In this document: piece by piece, positions 23,251 through 31,754 of the stretch | Layout of the letters: the number at the start of each line of letters is the position of its first letter | How positions within the stretch are numbered: the first letter of the stretch is position 1 | Assembly (NCBI RefSeq): GCF_001945605.1 | Contig: NZ_MPKA01000045.1 | Span: forward strand, 13,616-45,615 | Source of the DNA: Dubosiella newyorkensis | GTDB taxonomy: Bacteria; Bacillota_I; Bacilli_A; Erysipelotrichales; Erysipelotrichaceae | Reading direction: 5' to 3' | Length of the DNA stretch: 32,000 nt | Notes under the pieces: model-generated | Database searches by the model: none | What the model was told of the DNA's origin: nothing | Seen by the model: the letters and a program-made list of their open reading frames with translations, nothing else | Translations under genes and position numbers: made by a program

Positions 23251-25629
23251 TGTTTTTTCCTCCTTGTGTTCTTCGATACCTACAGTATAGTCTTCTGTAT
23301 ACTGGATCTTCGCTTTTGTCGCTTCTTTCTTTTCTTGCACGCTTTCTTGGCTTGGTTTAAAGAAACGCAATCGCAAAGCGTTCAATACGACGCATACACT
23401 CGATAAAGACATGGCAGCGCTGCCGATCATTGGCGACAACAAAATTCCCCACAGTGGATAGAACACGCCAGCTGCCACCGGAATTCCCAATACATTGTAG
23501 AAGAACGCCCAAAACAAATTCATCTTAATGTTTTTGATGACTTTGTCTGAAAGTTCATAGGCCGTATTGACATCCATCAAGTTGTCTTTCATCAATACGA
23601 TGTCGGCTGAATCGATCGCAATATCGGTTCCGGCGCCGATCGCGATCCCTACGTTGGCTCGAGCGAGCGCAGGGGCGTCATTGATCCCATCCCCAACCAT
23701 CGCGACAAACTTGCCATCGTCTTGGAAGCGGCGCACGACGCTTTCCTTTTGGGTCGGCAAAACGTCCGCGATCACTTCATCGACCTGGATATCTTGGGCG
23801 ATCGCATTGGCGGTCTTGATATTGTCGCCTGTGAGCATGACCACGTAGATTCCTTTTTCTTTAAAGGCGCGTATCGCTTGGATCGAGCTTTGGCGGATCG
23901 TATCCGCTACACCGATAATGCCAAGCACCTTGTCTTCGCAGGCAAAAAGCAGTGGCGTCTGTCCTTGATCGGCGAGCTTATGAATATAGTCTTTGATCGG
24001 CTTAGATAAGAAGATCTTTTCTTCTTCCATCAATTTTTGATTGCCGGCCACATATTCTTTTCCTTCCAGCTTTGCTTTTAAGCCTTTGCCCGACAAAGCA
24101 ACATAGTTTTCGAGTCCATCGAGAACGAGGTTTCGAGCTTTGGCTTCGAGCACGATCGCTTTGGCAAGAGGGTGTTCGCTTCCCGTTTCAATCGAAGCGG
24201 CCAGTCGCAAAAAGGAGTCTTCATCATACTTTGGATCGAAGACGACAATATCGTGAATGCTTGGATTTCCGGAAGTGATCGTTCCTGTTTTATCCAAAAC
24301 GATCATATCGACTTTATGCATCGTCTCTAGGCTTTCGGCTGATTTGATCAAGATTCCATTTTCGGCCGCTTTTCCTGTGCCGACCATGACAGCGACAGGT
24401 GTCGCTAAACCTAAGGCGCATGGACACGAGATAACAAGCACACTGATCGCGTTCGATAAGGCGAATTCAAAGCTTGTGCCGCTTACAAGCCAGACGATGA
24501 ATGTCACAAGAGCGATCCCGATCACGATCGGAACAAAGATGCCAGAGACTTTGTCGGCTAAGCGGGCGATAGGCGCTTTTGTGTTCCCGGCTTCATCGAC
24601 TAAGCGAATGATCTGAGCGAGGGTCGTATCGTCGCCCACTTTCGTGGCGCGAAACTGAAAGGTTCCATTCACGTTCATGGTGGCGGAAATGATCGGATCG
24701 CCTTCTTCTTTTTCGACTGGTATGCTTTCTCCGGTAATGGCGGCCTGGTCGACATAGCCATGGCCAGAGATCACGATCCCATCGACTGGAATGCGCTGTC
24801 CAGGACGAATCAGGACGATATCGCCCGCCATGACATCTTCGGCATTCACTTGCACTTCTTGACCATTGCGGATGACGGTCGCGTTTTTCGGGGCAAGATC
24901 GACCAGTTTTCCTAGGGCGTCGCTTGTTTTTGATTTGGAGCGCGCTTCTAAGTATTTGCCTAAAGAAACGAGTGTCACGATCATGGCAGCTGATTCAAAA
25001 TACATTGAATGCATGGCGCCATGGACCATTTCCATATCACCAAAGCCAAAGCCATACGCCATTTTATACATGGCATACAGCCCATAGCCAAAGGCGGCGC
25101 TCGCCCCTAAGGCGACAAGCGAATCCATGTTGGGCGCCTTTTTAAAGAGCGCTTTCCAGCCATGGATAAAGAAGGAGCGCTGAAAGAATAAGATCATCAT
25201 GGTCAATACGAGCTGCGTGATCGCAGAGATCATGCCCCATTCCATGCCTTGCCAGAACGGGAGACCCATCATAGGTCCCATGGCGACGATCATCAGCGGA
25301 ACAAGAAGGATCAAAGAATAGACAAGGTTTGATTTTTTTTCTTTTTGTTCTTCTTCCATGCGTTTTTGGCGTCGGTCCCATTCTTCCTGCATCGAATTTT
25401 TGGACGCTGTGTTTCCTTGTTCTTTTAGGGTGGCGCCATAGCCGATCGCATCCACGGCAGCCATGATCTGGCTAGGGTTCGTTTCTTCGTCGTTGTAGTC
25501 GACTTTCATCGTATTGTTGAGCAGCGAAACATCGACATGTTCGACGCCAGGCACTTTTTTGACGGCTCGTTCGACATTGGCGGAACACGAAGCGCACGTC
25601 ATGCCGGAAACATCAAATTGTTTTTCCAT
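23041..25629 (-). CDS. copA: Copper-translocating P1B-type ATPase with an N-terminal HMA domain and an extra in-frame C-terminal HMA (CopZ-like) domain
   Basis: 862 aa with GMTCASC (N-terminal HMA), SCPCALGLATP (CPC), DKTGTIT, GDGINDAP and a C-terminal GMSCNHC HMA. Confidence 0.95.
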   Translation of the reverse strand: MEKQFDVSGMTCASCSANVERAVKKVPGVEHVDVSLLNNTMKVDYNDEETNPSQIMAAVDAIGYGATLKEQGNTASKNSMQEEWDRRQKRMEEEQKEKKSNLVYSLILLVPLMIVAMGPMMGLPFWQGMEWGMISAITQLVLTMMILFFQRSFFIHGWKALFKKAPNMDSLVALGASAAFGYGLYAMYKMAYGFGFGDMEMVHGAMHSMYFESAAMIVTLVSLGKYLEARSKSKTSDALGKLVDLAPKNATVIRNGQEVQVNAEDVMAGDIVLIRPGQRIPVDGIVISGHGYVDQAAITGESIPVEKEEGDPIISATMNVNGTFQFRATKVGDDTTLAQIIRLVDEAGNTKAPIARLADKVSGIFVPIVIGIALVTFIVWLVSGTSFEFALSNAISVLVISCPCALGLATPVAVMVGTGKAAENGILIKSAESLETMHKVDMIVLDKTGTITSGNPSIHDIVVFDPKYDEDSFLRLAASIETGSEHPLAKAIVLEAKARNLVLDGLENYVALSGKGLKAKLEGKEYVAGNQKLMEEEKIFLSKPIKDYIHKLADQGQTPLLFACEDKVLGIIGVADTIRQSSIQAIRAFKEKGIYVVMLTGDNIKTANAIAQDIQVDEVIADVLPTQKESVVRRFQDDGKFVAMVGDGINDAPALARANVGIAIGAGTDIAIDSADIVLMKDNLMDVNTAYELSDKVIKNIKMNLFWAFFYNVLGIPVAAGVFYPLWGILLSPMIGSAAMSLSSVCVVLNALRLRFFKPSQESVQEKKEATKAKIQYTEDYTVGIEEHKEEKTMEKIMKVNGMSCNHCKAHVEKALDEVSGVKKAVVDLDKKEARITLEAPVENQVLMDAVKNAGYEPVSIQ

Positions 25630-25641
25630 TATATATCACCC

Positions 25642-25932
25642 CTATTTTAATTTTTTCATTAAATCCATCACTTCATCGAGCACTTTCTCATTGCCGTTGT
25701 TGATTTCATGAACGACACAGGAATGCAGATGTTTATCGAGCAGCGTATATCCGAAGGATTGCAGGGCAGATTCTAATGCGCCGACCTGGATCAAGATATC
25801 GCCACAATACCGATTCTCATCAATCATTTTTTCGATCCCGCTCAGCTGTCCCATCATTCGATGGAGACGATTTTTGAGTTTGCGGACGTCTTGCTCGTCG
25901 CGGATCACTGTTTTTTCTTCCACATCGATCAC
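25642..25932 (-). CDS. csoR: Copper-sensing transcriptional repressor, CsoR family
   Basis: Motifs are RLHRMMGQLSGIEKMI, RYCGDIL and HLHSCV (the C-H-C Cu(I) ligand pattern). The start is probably the GTG at 25932 (or 25923). The track start at 26007 would cross the gene's own promoter and operator. Confidence 0.85.
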   Translation of the reverse strand: MIDVEEKTVIRDEQDVRKLKNRLHRMMGQLSGIEKMIDENRYCGDILIQVGALESALQSFGYTLLDKHLHSCVVHEINNGNEKVLDEVMDLMKKLK

Positions 25933-25940
25933 CCAGTTCC

Positions 25941-25969
25941 ATAATATACCCCTTGGGGGTATAATGCAA
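25941..25969 (-). promoter_or_regulatory. csoR-copA promoter (TTGCAT, 17 nt, TATTAT on the minus strand)
   Basis: The -35 TTGCAT is the reverse complement of 25964-25969. The -10 TATTAT is the reverse complement of 25941-25946. The 17-nt spacer is the operator palindrome. Confidence 0.6.
25945..25963. promoter_or_regulatory. CsoR operator (GC-core palindrome)
   Basis: TATACCCC-ttg-GGGGTATA matches the known CsoR operator type (TACCC..GGGGTA). It sits in the spacer of the csoR-copA promoter. Confidence 0.75.
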
Positions 25970-26026
25970 GCGAGTACCTTTTTTTTAGGAGGTGTCCTAA
26001 AATACAATCAACAGGAGAAAAGCATC

Positions 26027-26407
26027 ATGAATAAAGATTATTATACATTGCTTGTGTGGCAAGGGGTTTGCGTAGGCTCAACATTTTGGATTCCTGAGAT
26101 TGGATGGATCTATTTTTTGATTGGCGTCGCTCTTTGTCTATTGGTTGAGACACTCGTTTCCAAGTATGCCAAAGACCAAGGCTTGCAAGTGTTTGGGACC
26201 CCATTCAAGGGGGATAAATATTTACAAGATGAGGCGCTTATGATCGCTCAGCTTTGTTTGAGCGTTCTTTTATGGGTCGTTTCGCTTGTTTTGTTGGGCA
26301 CCTATGTGTTGTGGGGAGAATTTTGGATCGTGATGATCGTAGGGATCCTTGCCTTTTTGTTGTTTTGCGTCTTTTATAAGCAAAAACAAGTTCGGAGAAA
26401 GCGATGA
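26027..26407 (+). CDS. Hypothetical small polytopic membrane protein (126 aa)
   Basis: The start is the ATG at 26027, with the SD ACAGGAGAA 7 nt upstream. There are about 4 hydrophobic helices and a basic C-terminus KQKQVRRKR. No family recognised. Confidence 0.55.
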   Translation: MNKDYYTLLVWQGVCVGSTFWIPEIGWIYFLIGVALCLLVETLVSKYAKDQGLQVFGTPFKGDKYLQDEALMIAQLCLSVLLWVVSLVLLGTYVLWGEFWIVMIVGILAFLLFCVFYKQKQVRRKR

Positions 26408-27006
26408 AAAAAAAGCAGATCAAAACGGGTGTCGAGATCCTCATTTCGATCTTGGGTCTTTTGGCGCTTTACTGGATCGATCTATATGCGATCAAGATCC
26501 AGTTCAGCGAGCATTTGAACAAATTTGTGACGGTGCATGATGAAGTTTGGTTTCCGATCTTGAATGTGCTCGTATGCTTGATGACTAGCTACTTTCTAGG
26601 CCGCCTTTTTTCGTGGTCAAAAAATACGTGGGGGCTCGTGCTCGTCTTTTATTTATTTTTGTTGTGCGCGTGTGTTCCTAACTTGATCGTGGCCAATTCA
26701 GCCGTCTATTTGAGCGTTTCTTTCATGCGTTCGGCTCGTTTTTTTCAAGCGATCCTTCAAATCAAGAGCGTGATCAAAGCGATTTCTTTGTGTTTATTGG
26801 TGGTGGGCATCTTATTGAGGAAACAAAATCGGCACTCTCGCTATACGATTGGCTTTTTGTTCGCTAGCGCGATCCTTTCTTCGATCTTATATGAGTTTTC
26901 TACATTCGCCTATGCCTGGTATTTTTATTTAGGGATCCTAGGGATCCTTCCTATTCTATATTTGGCGATGCGTCAAAATGAGCTTCGTATTCCTCGAGGC
27001 AATTGA
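26404..27006 (+). CDS. Hypothetical polytopic membrane protein (200 aa)
   Basis: ATGA start/stop overlap with the upstream ORF. About 6 hydrophobic helices. No family recognised. Confidence 0.55.
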   Translation: MKKKQIKTGVEILISILGLLALYWIDLYAIKIQFSEHLNKFVTVHDEVWFPILNVLVCLMTSYFLGRLFSWSKNTWGLVLVFYLFLLCACVPNLIVANSAVYLSVSFMRSARFFQAILQIKSVIKAISLCLLVVGILLRKQNRHSRYTIGFLFASAILSSILYEFSTFAYAWYFYLGILGILPILYLAMRQNELRIPRGN

Positions 27007-27008
27007 AA

Positions 27009-27048
27009 AGGCCGAACAGATTCCTGTTTGGCCTTATTTTTCTTTTTT
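27009..27048. terminator. Bidirectional terminator
   Basis: AGGCCGAACAG (27009-27019), a 4-nt loop, CTGTTTGGCCT (27024-27034). The stem is 11 bp including one G-T pair, followed by TATTTTTCTTTTTT. Confidence 0.7.
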
Positions 27049-28044
27049 ATGCCACCAATTTTTGGAGTCGATTTCTTCCATATTCCAGTTTTTGCGTAGA
27101 TTTTCTTCATAGCGTTTCTTTTCTTCCGCATAGTCCGCTTTCTTTTGTTGGATCTTTTCCCAAAAGTGTTGCTTGTCTTTTCCTAATGGAACGAAGTTGA
27201 GCGATAAGATCGAATGGGCGCGCCGAACCATATAAAAGGCGATGCAGAAGATCACGATCCCGCCCATGCTCGCGCTGAAGGCTAGGATCGTCTGTCGGGT
27301 TGAAAAAGGCGCGTTGGAGAACCAAGCGGTCTCAAAAGCTAAAAGCGATACGATCGAACAAGCAAAATTCAAAGCGCGCTTGCTTGTTAAAATGGGCGCG
27401 TCGATCTTACGGTAAACAAGGTGTCCGAATACGACCATGATCCATTGATAGATCGTAAAGAGACCCATCACATACAGAGTCAGCCCACGATACGAATACG
27501 CCTGTTGTTTTTCGAGCATAAAATAGGCGATCAACGTATAGGGGACTAGGAGCGCGATCAACAAATAGCCTGTCGCTCGATATCGCTTTAGATCTTCCAA
27601 AAATTGTTTTCCGCGAATTTTGTAGGTGCCATGGTAGCGGTTGACATACGACAACAAATAGAAACGGATAGCCGTCAATACACCATAATAGAAAGCGATC
27701 CCAATGAGCCATTCGCTTTGATCGATCAAGCCGAAGAAAAAATCGTAGCACGCGTTCAAACTCGTGATGAACATATTGAAATAGAGCGAGACAAAAATGC
27801 GGATGTTGACATCATTCACAAACATCGATGTCCATTTATGGCGGTTGAGCACGATAAAAAGGTCGCGTATGAGCTGCGGGCTGGCCAGCGCGCTGATGAA
27901 AAGCGTATAGCAGAATACGATCCATGTGATCCCATATAAGTTTTGACTATAATGGGCCGACAAAAATAAAGCTATGGAAACAAGAACGAAAAGGCCGATC
28001 CACTTTTTGGGAGGATAAAACAAAGCTTTGATCCATTTTTTCAT
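27034..28044 (-). CDS. Hypothetical polytopic membrane protein with a charged, Trp-containing C-terminal tail
   Basis: 336 aa with about 8 hydrophobic helices. The tail reads HFWEKIQQKKADYAEEKKRYEENLRKNWNMEEIDSKNWWHKKEK. The start lies 4 nt after the upstream stop. Confidence 0.6.
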   Translation of the reverse strand: MKKWIKALFYPPKKWIGLFVLVSIALFLSAHYSQNLYGITWIVFCYTLFISALASPQLIRDLFIVLNRHKWTSMFVNDVNIRIFVSLYFNMFITSLNACYDFFFGLIDQSEWLIGIAFYYGVLTAIRFYLLSYVNRYHGTYKIRGKQFLEDLKRYRATGYLLIALLVPYTLIAYFMLEKQQAYSYRGLTLYVMGLFTIYQWIMVVFGHLVYRKIDAPILTSKRALNFACSIVSLLAFETAWFSNAPFSTRQTILAFSASMGGIVIFCIAFYMVRRAHSILSLNFVPLGKDKQHFWEKIQQKKADYAEEKKRYEENLRKNWNMEEIDSKNWWHKKEK

Positions 28045-28048
28045 TGCC

Positions 28049-29440
28049 TTACTCCAATAATCGTTTTAGAAGCTGTTTGGCCTCTTGGGGTGTATACACT
28101 AAATTTTCTGGGATATTTTCTAAATAGTCTTTGAACAAGAAGAGCACCTTTTCGTTGCGGATCCCTAAAAATACGGATTGCTTGTGTTCGTTGAAGATCT
28201 GCACATATCCTCTTGAAGGTGTGACCATCAGCTGGATGAGCGGGTCGATCCCGCCAAACATGCCTTTGAGCATCACATAGCCATATTCATCGTATTTATC
28301 GATCAATCGGCCAATGATTTCTTTGCGATCGCGCAAATTGAATGTATTTTCGGTCATAGAATCGATATCGCCTAGATAGCCAAACTTCATGAATTTTTGG
28401 ATTCCTTCAAACGTAAACAAGAGTTTCGATGGATAGGCTTCTAGCTTGGCGCGGACGCAGTCCATATATTCGATCGATTCAGCTAGAAAGTCTGGATCCA
28501 TGCCCATTGTCGTTTCTTTTAAAAGTTCTTCATCCAAAAGCGGATACAGAAATGGATAATACCGATAGGATACGACGCTTTCTTGATTATTCTGCCAATA
28601 ATACAGGCTGTTTTTCATGATTTGATTCGATTTTGTTAGTTCCACATTGAAAGGGGTCGAATATTTTCGTTGCGCGTTAAAATGGGCATAATAGAGGCTT
28701 TGGATCTTTTCATCTTTGATCAAGATGGCATTCTTGAAATCGGAAGCGATCTGGATCAATCCGGCATGACTCAATATATAATACGGAAACGGGTACATGA
28801 AGCTATCCATGTCTTCATAGAAATAGTAGCTTTTAAAGTCGGTCGTTCCCATATAGATCGGGATCAAGTTTTGCAGCGTTCTTAACGTGCTGTTTTCGAG
28901 TTCCGTGTCTTGTTTTTGACGATTGATCCCAAATATATGTTCTATATGCAGCTGCCCGCCTTCTTTCTCATAAGAGCGAACAAGATTGGCAAGGATCGGA
29001 AAAGTAGAGGGCAAATACATGCATAGCACTTCTTTTTTGGTTTCAAAAAACATATTGTAGACAAGCTGCGCGAGATCAAGCGTATTCGAGATCGTCATTA
29101 AGTTGGGGAGCTCTTCGATCGTGCTCGTTCGAAAAAAGCGCAAATCGCCGATTCCTTCTTTATAGGAATCAAAAAAATTCGTCACGCTTTTTCTTCGAAT
29201 ATACACGTCTTTGCCGATGATCGTCATAAAATAGCTGTTGACTAGTTTTTCTCGTTCTTTTGGGCGCAGCTGCAAATATTCGGCGATCCGTAGCACAAGA
29301 TCGCCAGAAGTCGGCTTTCGTTTTCCATTTAAGATTTGATAGAGGCTTTGAGGAGCGATTTGACAAAAGTCCGCCATTTCATATACGCGGACCGATTTTC
29401 CTTGGCTCACTTCTTCATATACTTCAGCAAATTCCTTCAT
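28049..29440 (-). CDS. Helix-turn-helix (XRE-like) domain protein with a large uncharacterised C-terminal domain
   Basis: 463 aa. The N-terminus VYEMADFCQIAPQSLYQILNGKRKPTSGDLVLRIAEYL is HTH-like. I recognised nothing in the remaining ~390 aa. There is no obvious SD before the ATG. Confidence 0.55.
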   Translation of the reverse strand: MKEFAEVYEEVSQGKSVRVYEMADFCQIAPQSLYQILNGKRKPTSGDLVLRIAEYLQLRPKEREKLVNSYFMTIIGKDVYIRRKSVTNFFDSYKEGIGDLRFFRTSTIEELPNLMTISNTLDLAQLVYNMFFETKKEVLCMYLPSTFPILANLVRSYEKEGGQLHIEHIFGINRQKQDTELENSTLRTLQNLIPIYMGTTDFKSYYFYEDMDSFMYPFPYYILSHAGLIQIASDFKNAILIKDEKIQSLYYAHFNAQRKYSTPFNVELTKSNQIMKNSLYYWQNNQESVVSYRYYPFLYPLLDEELLKETTMGMDPDFLAESIEYMDCVRAKLEAYPSKLLFTFEGIQKFMKFGYLGDIDSMTENTFNLRDRKEIIGRLIDKYDEYGYVMLKGMFGGIDPLIQLMVTPSRGYVQIFNEHKQSVFLGIRNEKVLFLFKDYLENIPENLVYTPQEAKQLLKRLLE

Positions 29441-29672
29441 GCTTTTATTTTATGAAAAAAATATTATTGATACAACAAAAAATGAGAATCCACCCCACAT
29501 GGACTCTCACACCCATTGAACCAAGCGCTCAATTCTATTTTTAGTTTAGCTCATTCAATTTGAACTTACAAGATGTCGCAATTATTATCGCACGCAAGAT
29601 GTTCTAAGTGTCTGAATAGGAAATCCAAGTTTTTCCGACTACAATAAAGTTAGTTCACAGAAAGGAAATCCC

Positions 29673-29861
29673 ATGCAGAAAAATCAAATTTATGTGATCG
29701 CACTTGTTGATGTGATCTTGCTTATTGCGTTTGCGGTTCAAATGTATCGTTCCCCGTCTTGGCTCAATGGCGCAATTCTTGTCGTCGTGGGCATTAATTT
29801 GATCCAAGTCAAAGGCATGTATGATAAAGCCAAACAAAAAGAGGAGAAAAACAAACTATGA
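29673..29861 (+). CDS. Hypothetical small two-helix membrane protein (62 aa)
   Basis: The SD is AAAGGAAA. Its stop overlaps the gpmA start (ATGA). Hydrophobic stretches are [17 protein letters not shown] and [12 protein letters not shown]. Confidence 0.45.
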   Translation: MQKNQIYVIALVDVILLIAFAVQMYRSPSWLNGAILVVVGINLIQVKGMYDKAKQKEEKNKL

Positions 29862-30607
29862 AAAAACTCGTATGCATTCGTCATGGAGAAAGCGAATGGA
29901 ATAAAGAAAATCGCTTCACGGGCTGGAGCGATGTCGATCTAAGCGAAAAAGGACACAAAGAAGCGAAACAAGCCGGAAAGATCTTAAAAGATAAAGGCTA
30001 TGATTTTGATATCGCCTATACTTCGTATTTGAAGCGAGCGATCCACACACTCAATCACGTATTGGATGGATTGGATCTCGATTATATTCCAGTAGAAAAA
30101 AGCTGGAAGCTCAACGAACGCCATTATGGCGCTTTGCAAGGTTTGAATAAAGCCGATACCGCCAAAAAATATGGAGACGAGCAAGTCTTGATCTGGCGGC
30201 GTTCATTCGACGTTCTTCCTCCGCTTTTAAAAGAAACAGATGAAAGAGCGCCTCGCAATGAAAAACCATATCGGAACGTGCCAAAGGACGAGCTTCCTTT
30301 AGGAGAAAGTTTAAAGACGACCATCGAGCGCGTCATTCCTTATTATGAGGAGACGATCAAACCGCATATCGAAGGTGGCGAGAATGTATTGATCGTCGCG
30401 CACGGCAATTCCTTGCGGGCGTTGTTGAAGTACTTAGAAAACTTGAGCGATGAAGAGATCATGAAAGTCAACATTCCTACAGGGATCCCGCTTGTCTTTG
30501 AATTCGATGATGACATGAAGCTTAAAGACCACTACTATCTAGCGGACGAGAAAGAGCTTCAAGCGAAGATGGATGCAGTCGCCAACCAAGGAAAAGCAAA
30601 ACAGTAG
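29858..30607 (+). CDS. gpmA: 2,3-bisphosphoglycerate-dependent phosphoglycerate mutase
   Basis: 249 aa with [29 protein letters not shown] (RHGE catalytic His), ERHYGALQG and [10 protein letters not shown]. Confidence 0.95.
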   Translation: MKKLVCIRHGESEWNKENRFTGWSDVDLSEKGHKEAKQAGKILKDKGYDFDIAYTSYLKRAIHTLNHVLDGLDLDYIPVEKSWKLNERHYGALQGLNKADTAKKYGDEQVLIWRRSFDVLPPLLKETDERAPRNEKPYRNVPKDELPLGESLKTTIERVIPYYEETIKPHIEGGENVLIVAHGNSLRALLKYLENLSDEEIMKVNIPTGIPLVFEFDDDMKLKDHYYLADEKELQAKMDAVANQGKAKQ

Positions 30608-30629
30608 AAAGCAAAATACAAATTCTTTT

Positions 30630-30688
30630 AAACCCATTGAGCGGTTCTGTCATCGATGATGAACACAACAACAGCGAAATGGGTTTTT
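30630..30688 (+). terminator. Terminator after gpmA (long hairpin with structured loop)
   Basis: AAACCCATT (30630-30638) pairs with AATGGGTTT (30678-30686), followed by a T-run. The interior contains GTTC..TCATCGATGA..GAAC pairing. Confidence 0.6.
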
Positions 30689-30768
30689 CTATTTAACACT
30701 CTTCGGTTATAATTATTTAATAAGGAAATTATTTTACCAAAAGCAGAAGAAAGAGAAAGGAATACAGA

Positions 30769-31584
30769 ATGAAAAGAATTCGATTTCTACTTGCCGTTTT
30801 GACCATCGCAACTATACTGAGTGGATGTTCTGGTGGTGAAAAATCAAAGCCGGAACCGGTGGCGAAGCTTCTGAAAGAGTTCGAAACCAAAGACCATCTC
30901 GATGGGACTGCTCTTGCTCGTTGGATGGATTGCGTGGCGCAAGCCACCATCACAGCCAATCCGGAAGGATATGCGATCGACATCGACAAAGGACTCCTTG
31001 GTTTCCAGACAATCTGGTGTTTTCAACAGGATGGATGGATTTACTATGTTCAAGATTTACAGAACGGGCCGGAACAACCAATTAGCGAGGCAGTCTCACT
31101 GGCGCGTACCGACGGGAAAACACAAACGAATATCAATCTTTCTCTGGATGTGAATGGAGTCATCTCATCGAATTCGTTTGAGCGCGACCCATACTGGAGT
31201 ACAGTCGATTCGACTTATCAAAGATGTCCGCTAGTCGACGTGCTCTCCGCCGAGGGGATCGAGATCCTTCGATCATTTCCAGATCAGTTTTCAGGCAGTC
31301 TGAACCAGAGCGAGAACGAATGGACAATTACTTGGATGGCGCTAGATCCTGACGCGCTTTATGACAAGCTGAGCGGATCACGTTTTACAAAGTCGGGTTT
31401 TTCTACAAGCAGCCAATGCATCCATTCTTGGACCATGACGCAAGAAGGCGTCGTTTTGACGATCGAAACAACGGATATTCAAAATTCTTCTTCTAGAAGC
31501 GTAGCGAACGTCTGTTCTTTACGCGAAGAAGCGGAAAACAGATCGAGGATCGTCGCACTCTTTGATCAATATCCAGTCGAGTGA
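30769..31584 (+). CDS. Hypothetical lipoprotein
   Basis: 271 aa. The signal peptide MKRIRFLLAVLTIATILSGC carries the lipobox LSGC. The mature part was not recognised. Confidence 0.7.
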   Translation: MKRIRFLLAVLTIATILSGCSGGEKSKPEPVAKLLKEFETKDHLDGTALARWMDCVAQATITANPEGYAIDIDKGLLGFQTIWCFQQDGWIYYVQDLQNGPEQPISEAVSLARTDGKTQTNINLSLDVNGVISSNSFERDPYWSTVDSTYQRCPLVDVLSAEGIEILRSFPDQFSGSLNQSENEWTITWMALDPDALYDKLSGSRFTKSGFSTSSQCIHSWTMTQEGVVLTIETTDIQNSSSRSVANVCSLREEAENRSRIVALFDQYPVE

Positions 31585-31604
31585 TGAAATGAATCAAAAT
31601 CTTT

Positions 31605-31754
31605 TTATTTGTTCTCCTTTCTCCATTCTATGATCAGCTCCAGGATGGAAGCGCCTAGCCAAACTGAACCAAGCACTTTGTTGTCTATTGCGAACATCAA
31701 AAAGGATAAGACAAGCCATAGGCATCCTAAAAGCCATGGTCCTTTCGCACTCAT
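31605..31754 (-). CDS. Possible small membrane protein (49 aa), below the ORF-track size cutoff
   Basis: My translation is MSAKGPWLLGCLWLVLSFLMFAIDNKVLGSVWLGASILELIIEWRKENK. The SD AGGTGA lies 6 nt upstream of the ATG at 31754. The ORF is short, so coding status is uncertain. Confidence 0.3.
   Translation of the reverse strand: MSAKGPWLLGCLWLVLSFLMFAIDNKVLGSVWLGASILELIIEWRKENK

Noticed and set aside
25874-26026. Upstream extensions of the csoR ORF (to 26007) and of the divergent membrane ORF (from 25874)
   Set aside because: The two extensions would overlap each other and run through the promoter and CsoR operator. Internal starts with SD-like sequences give products of normal size (a CsoR of about 97 aa).
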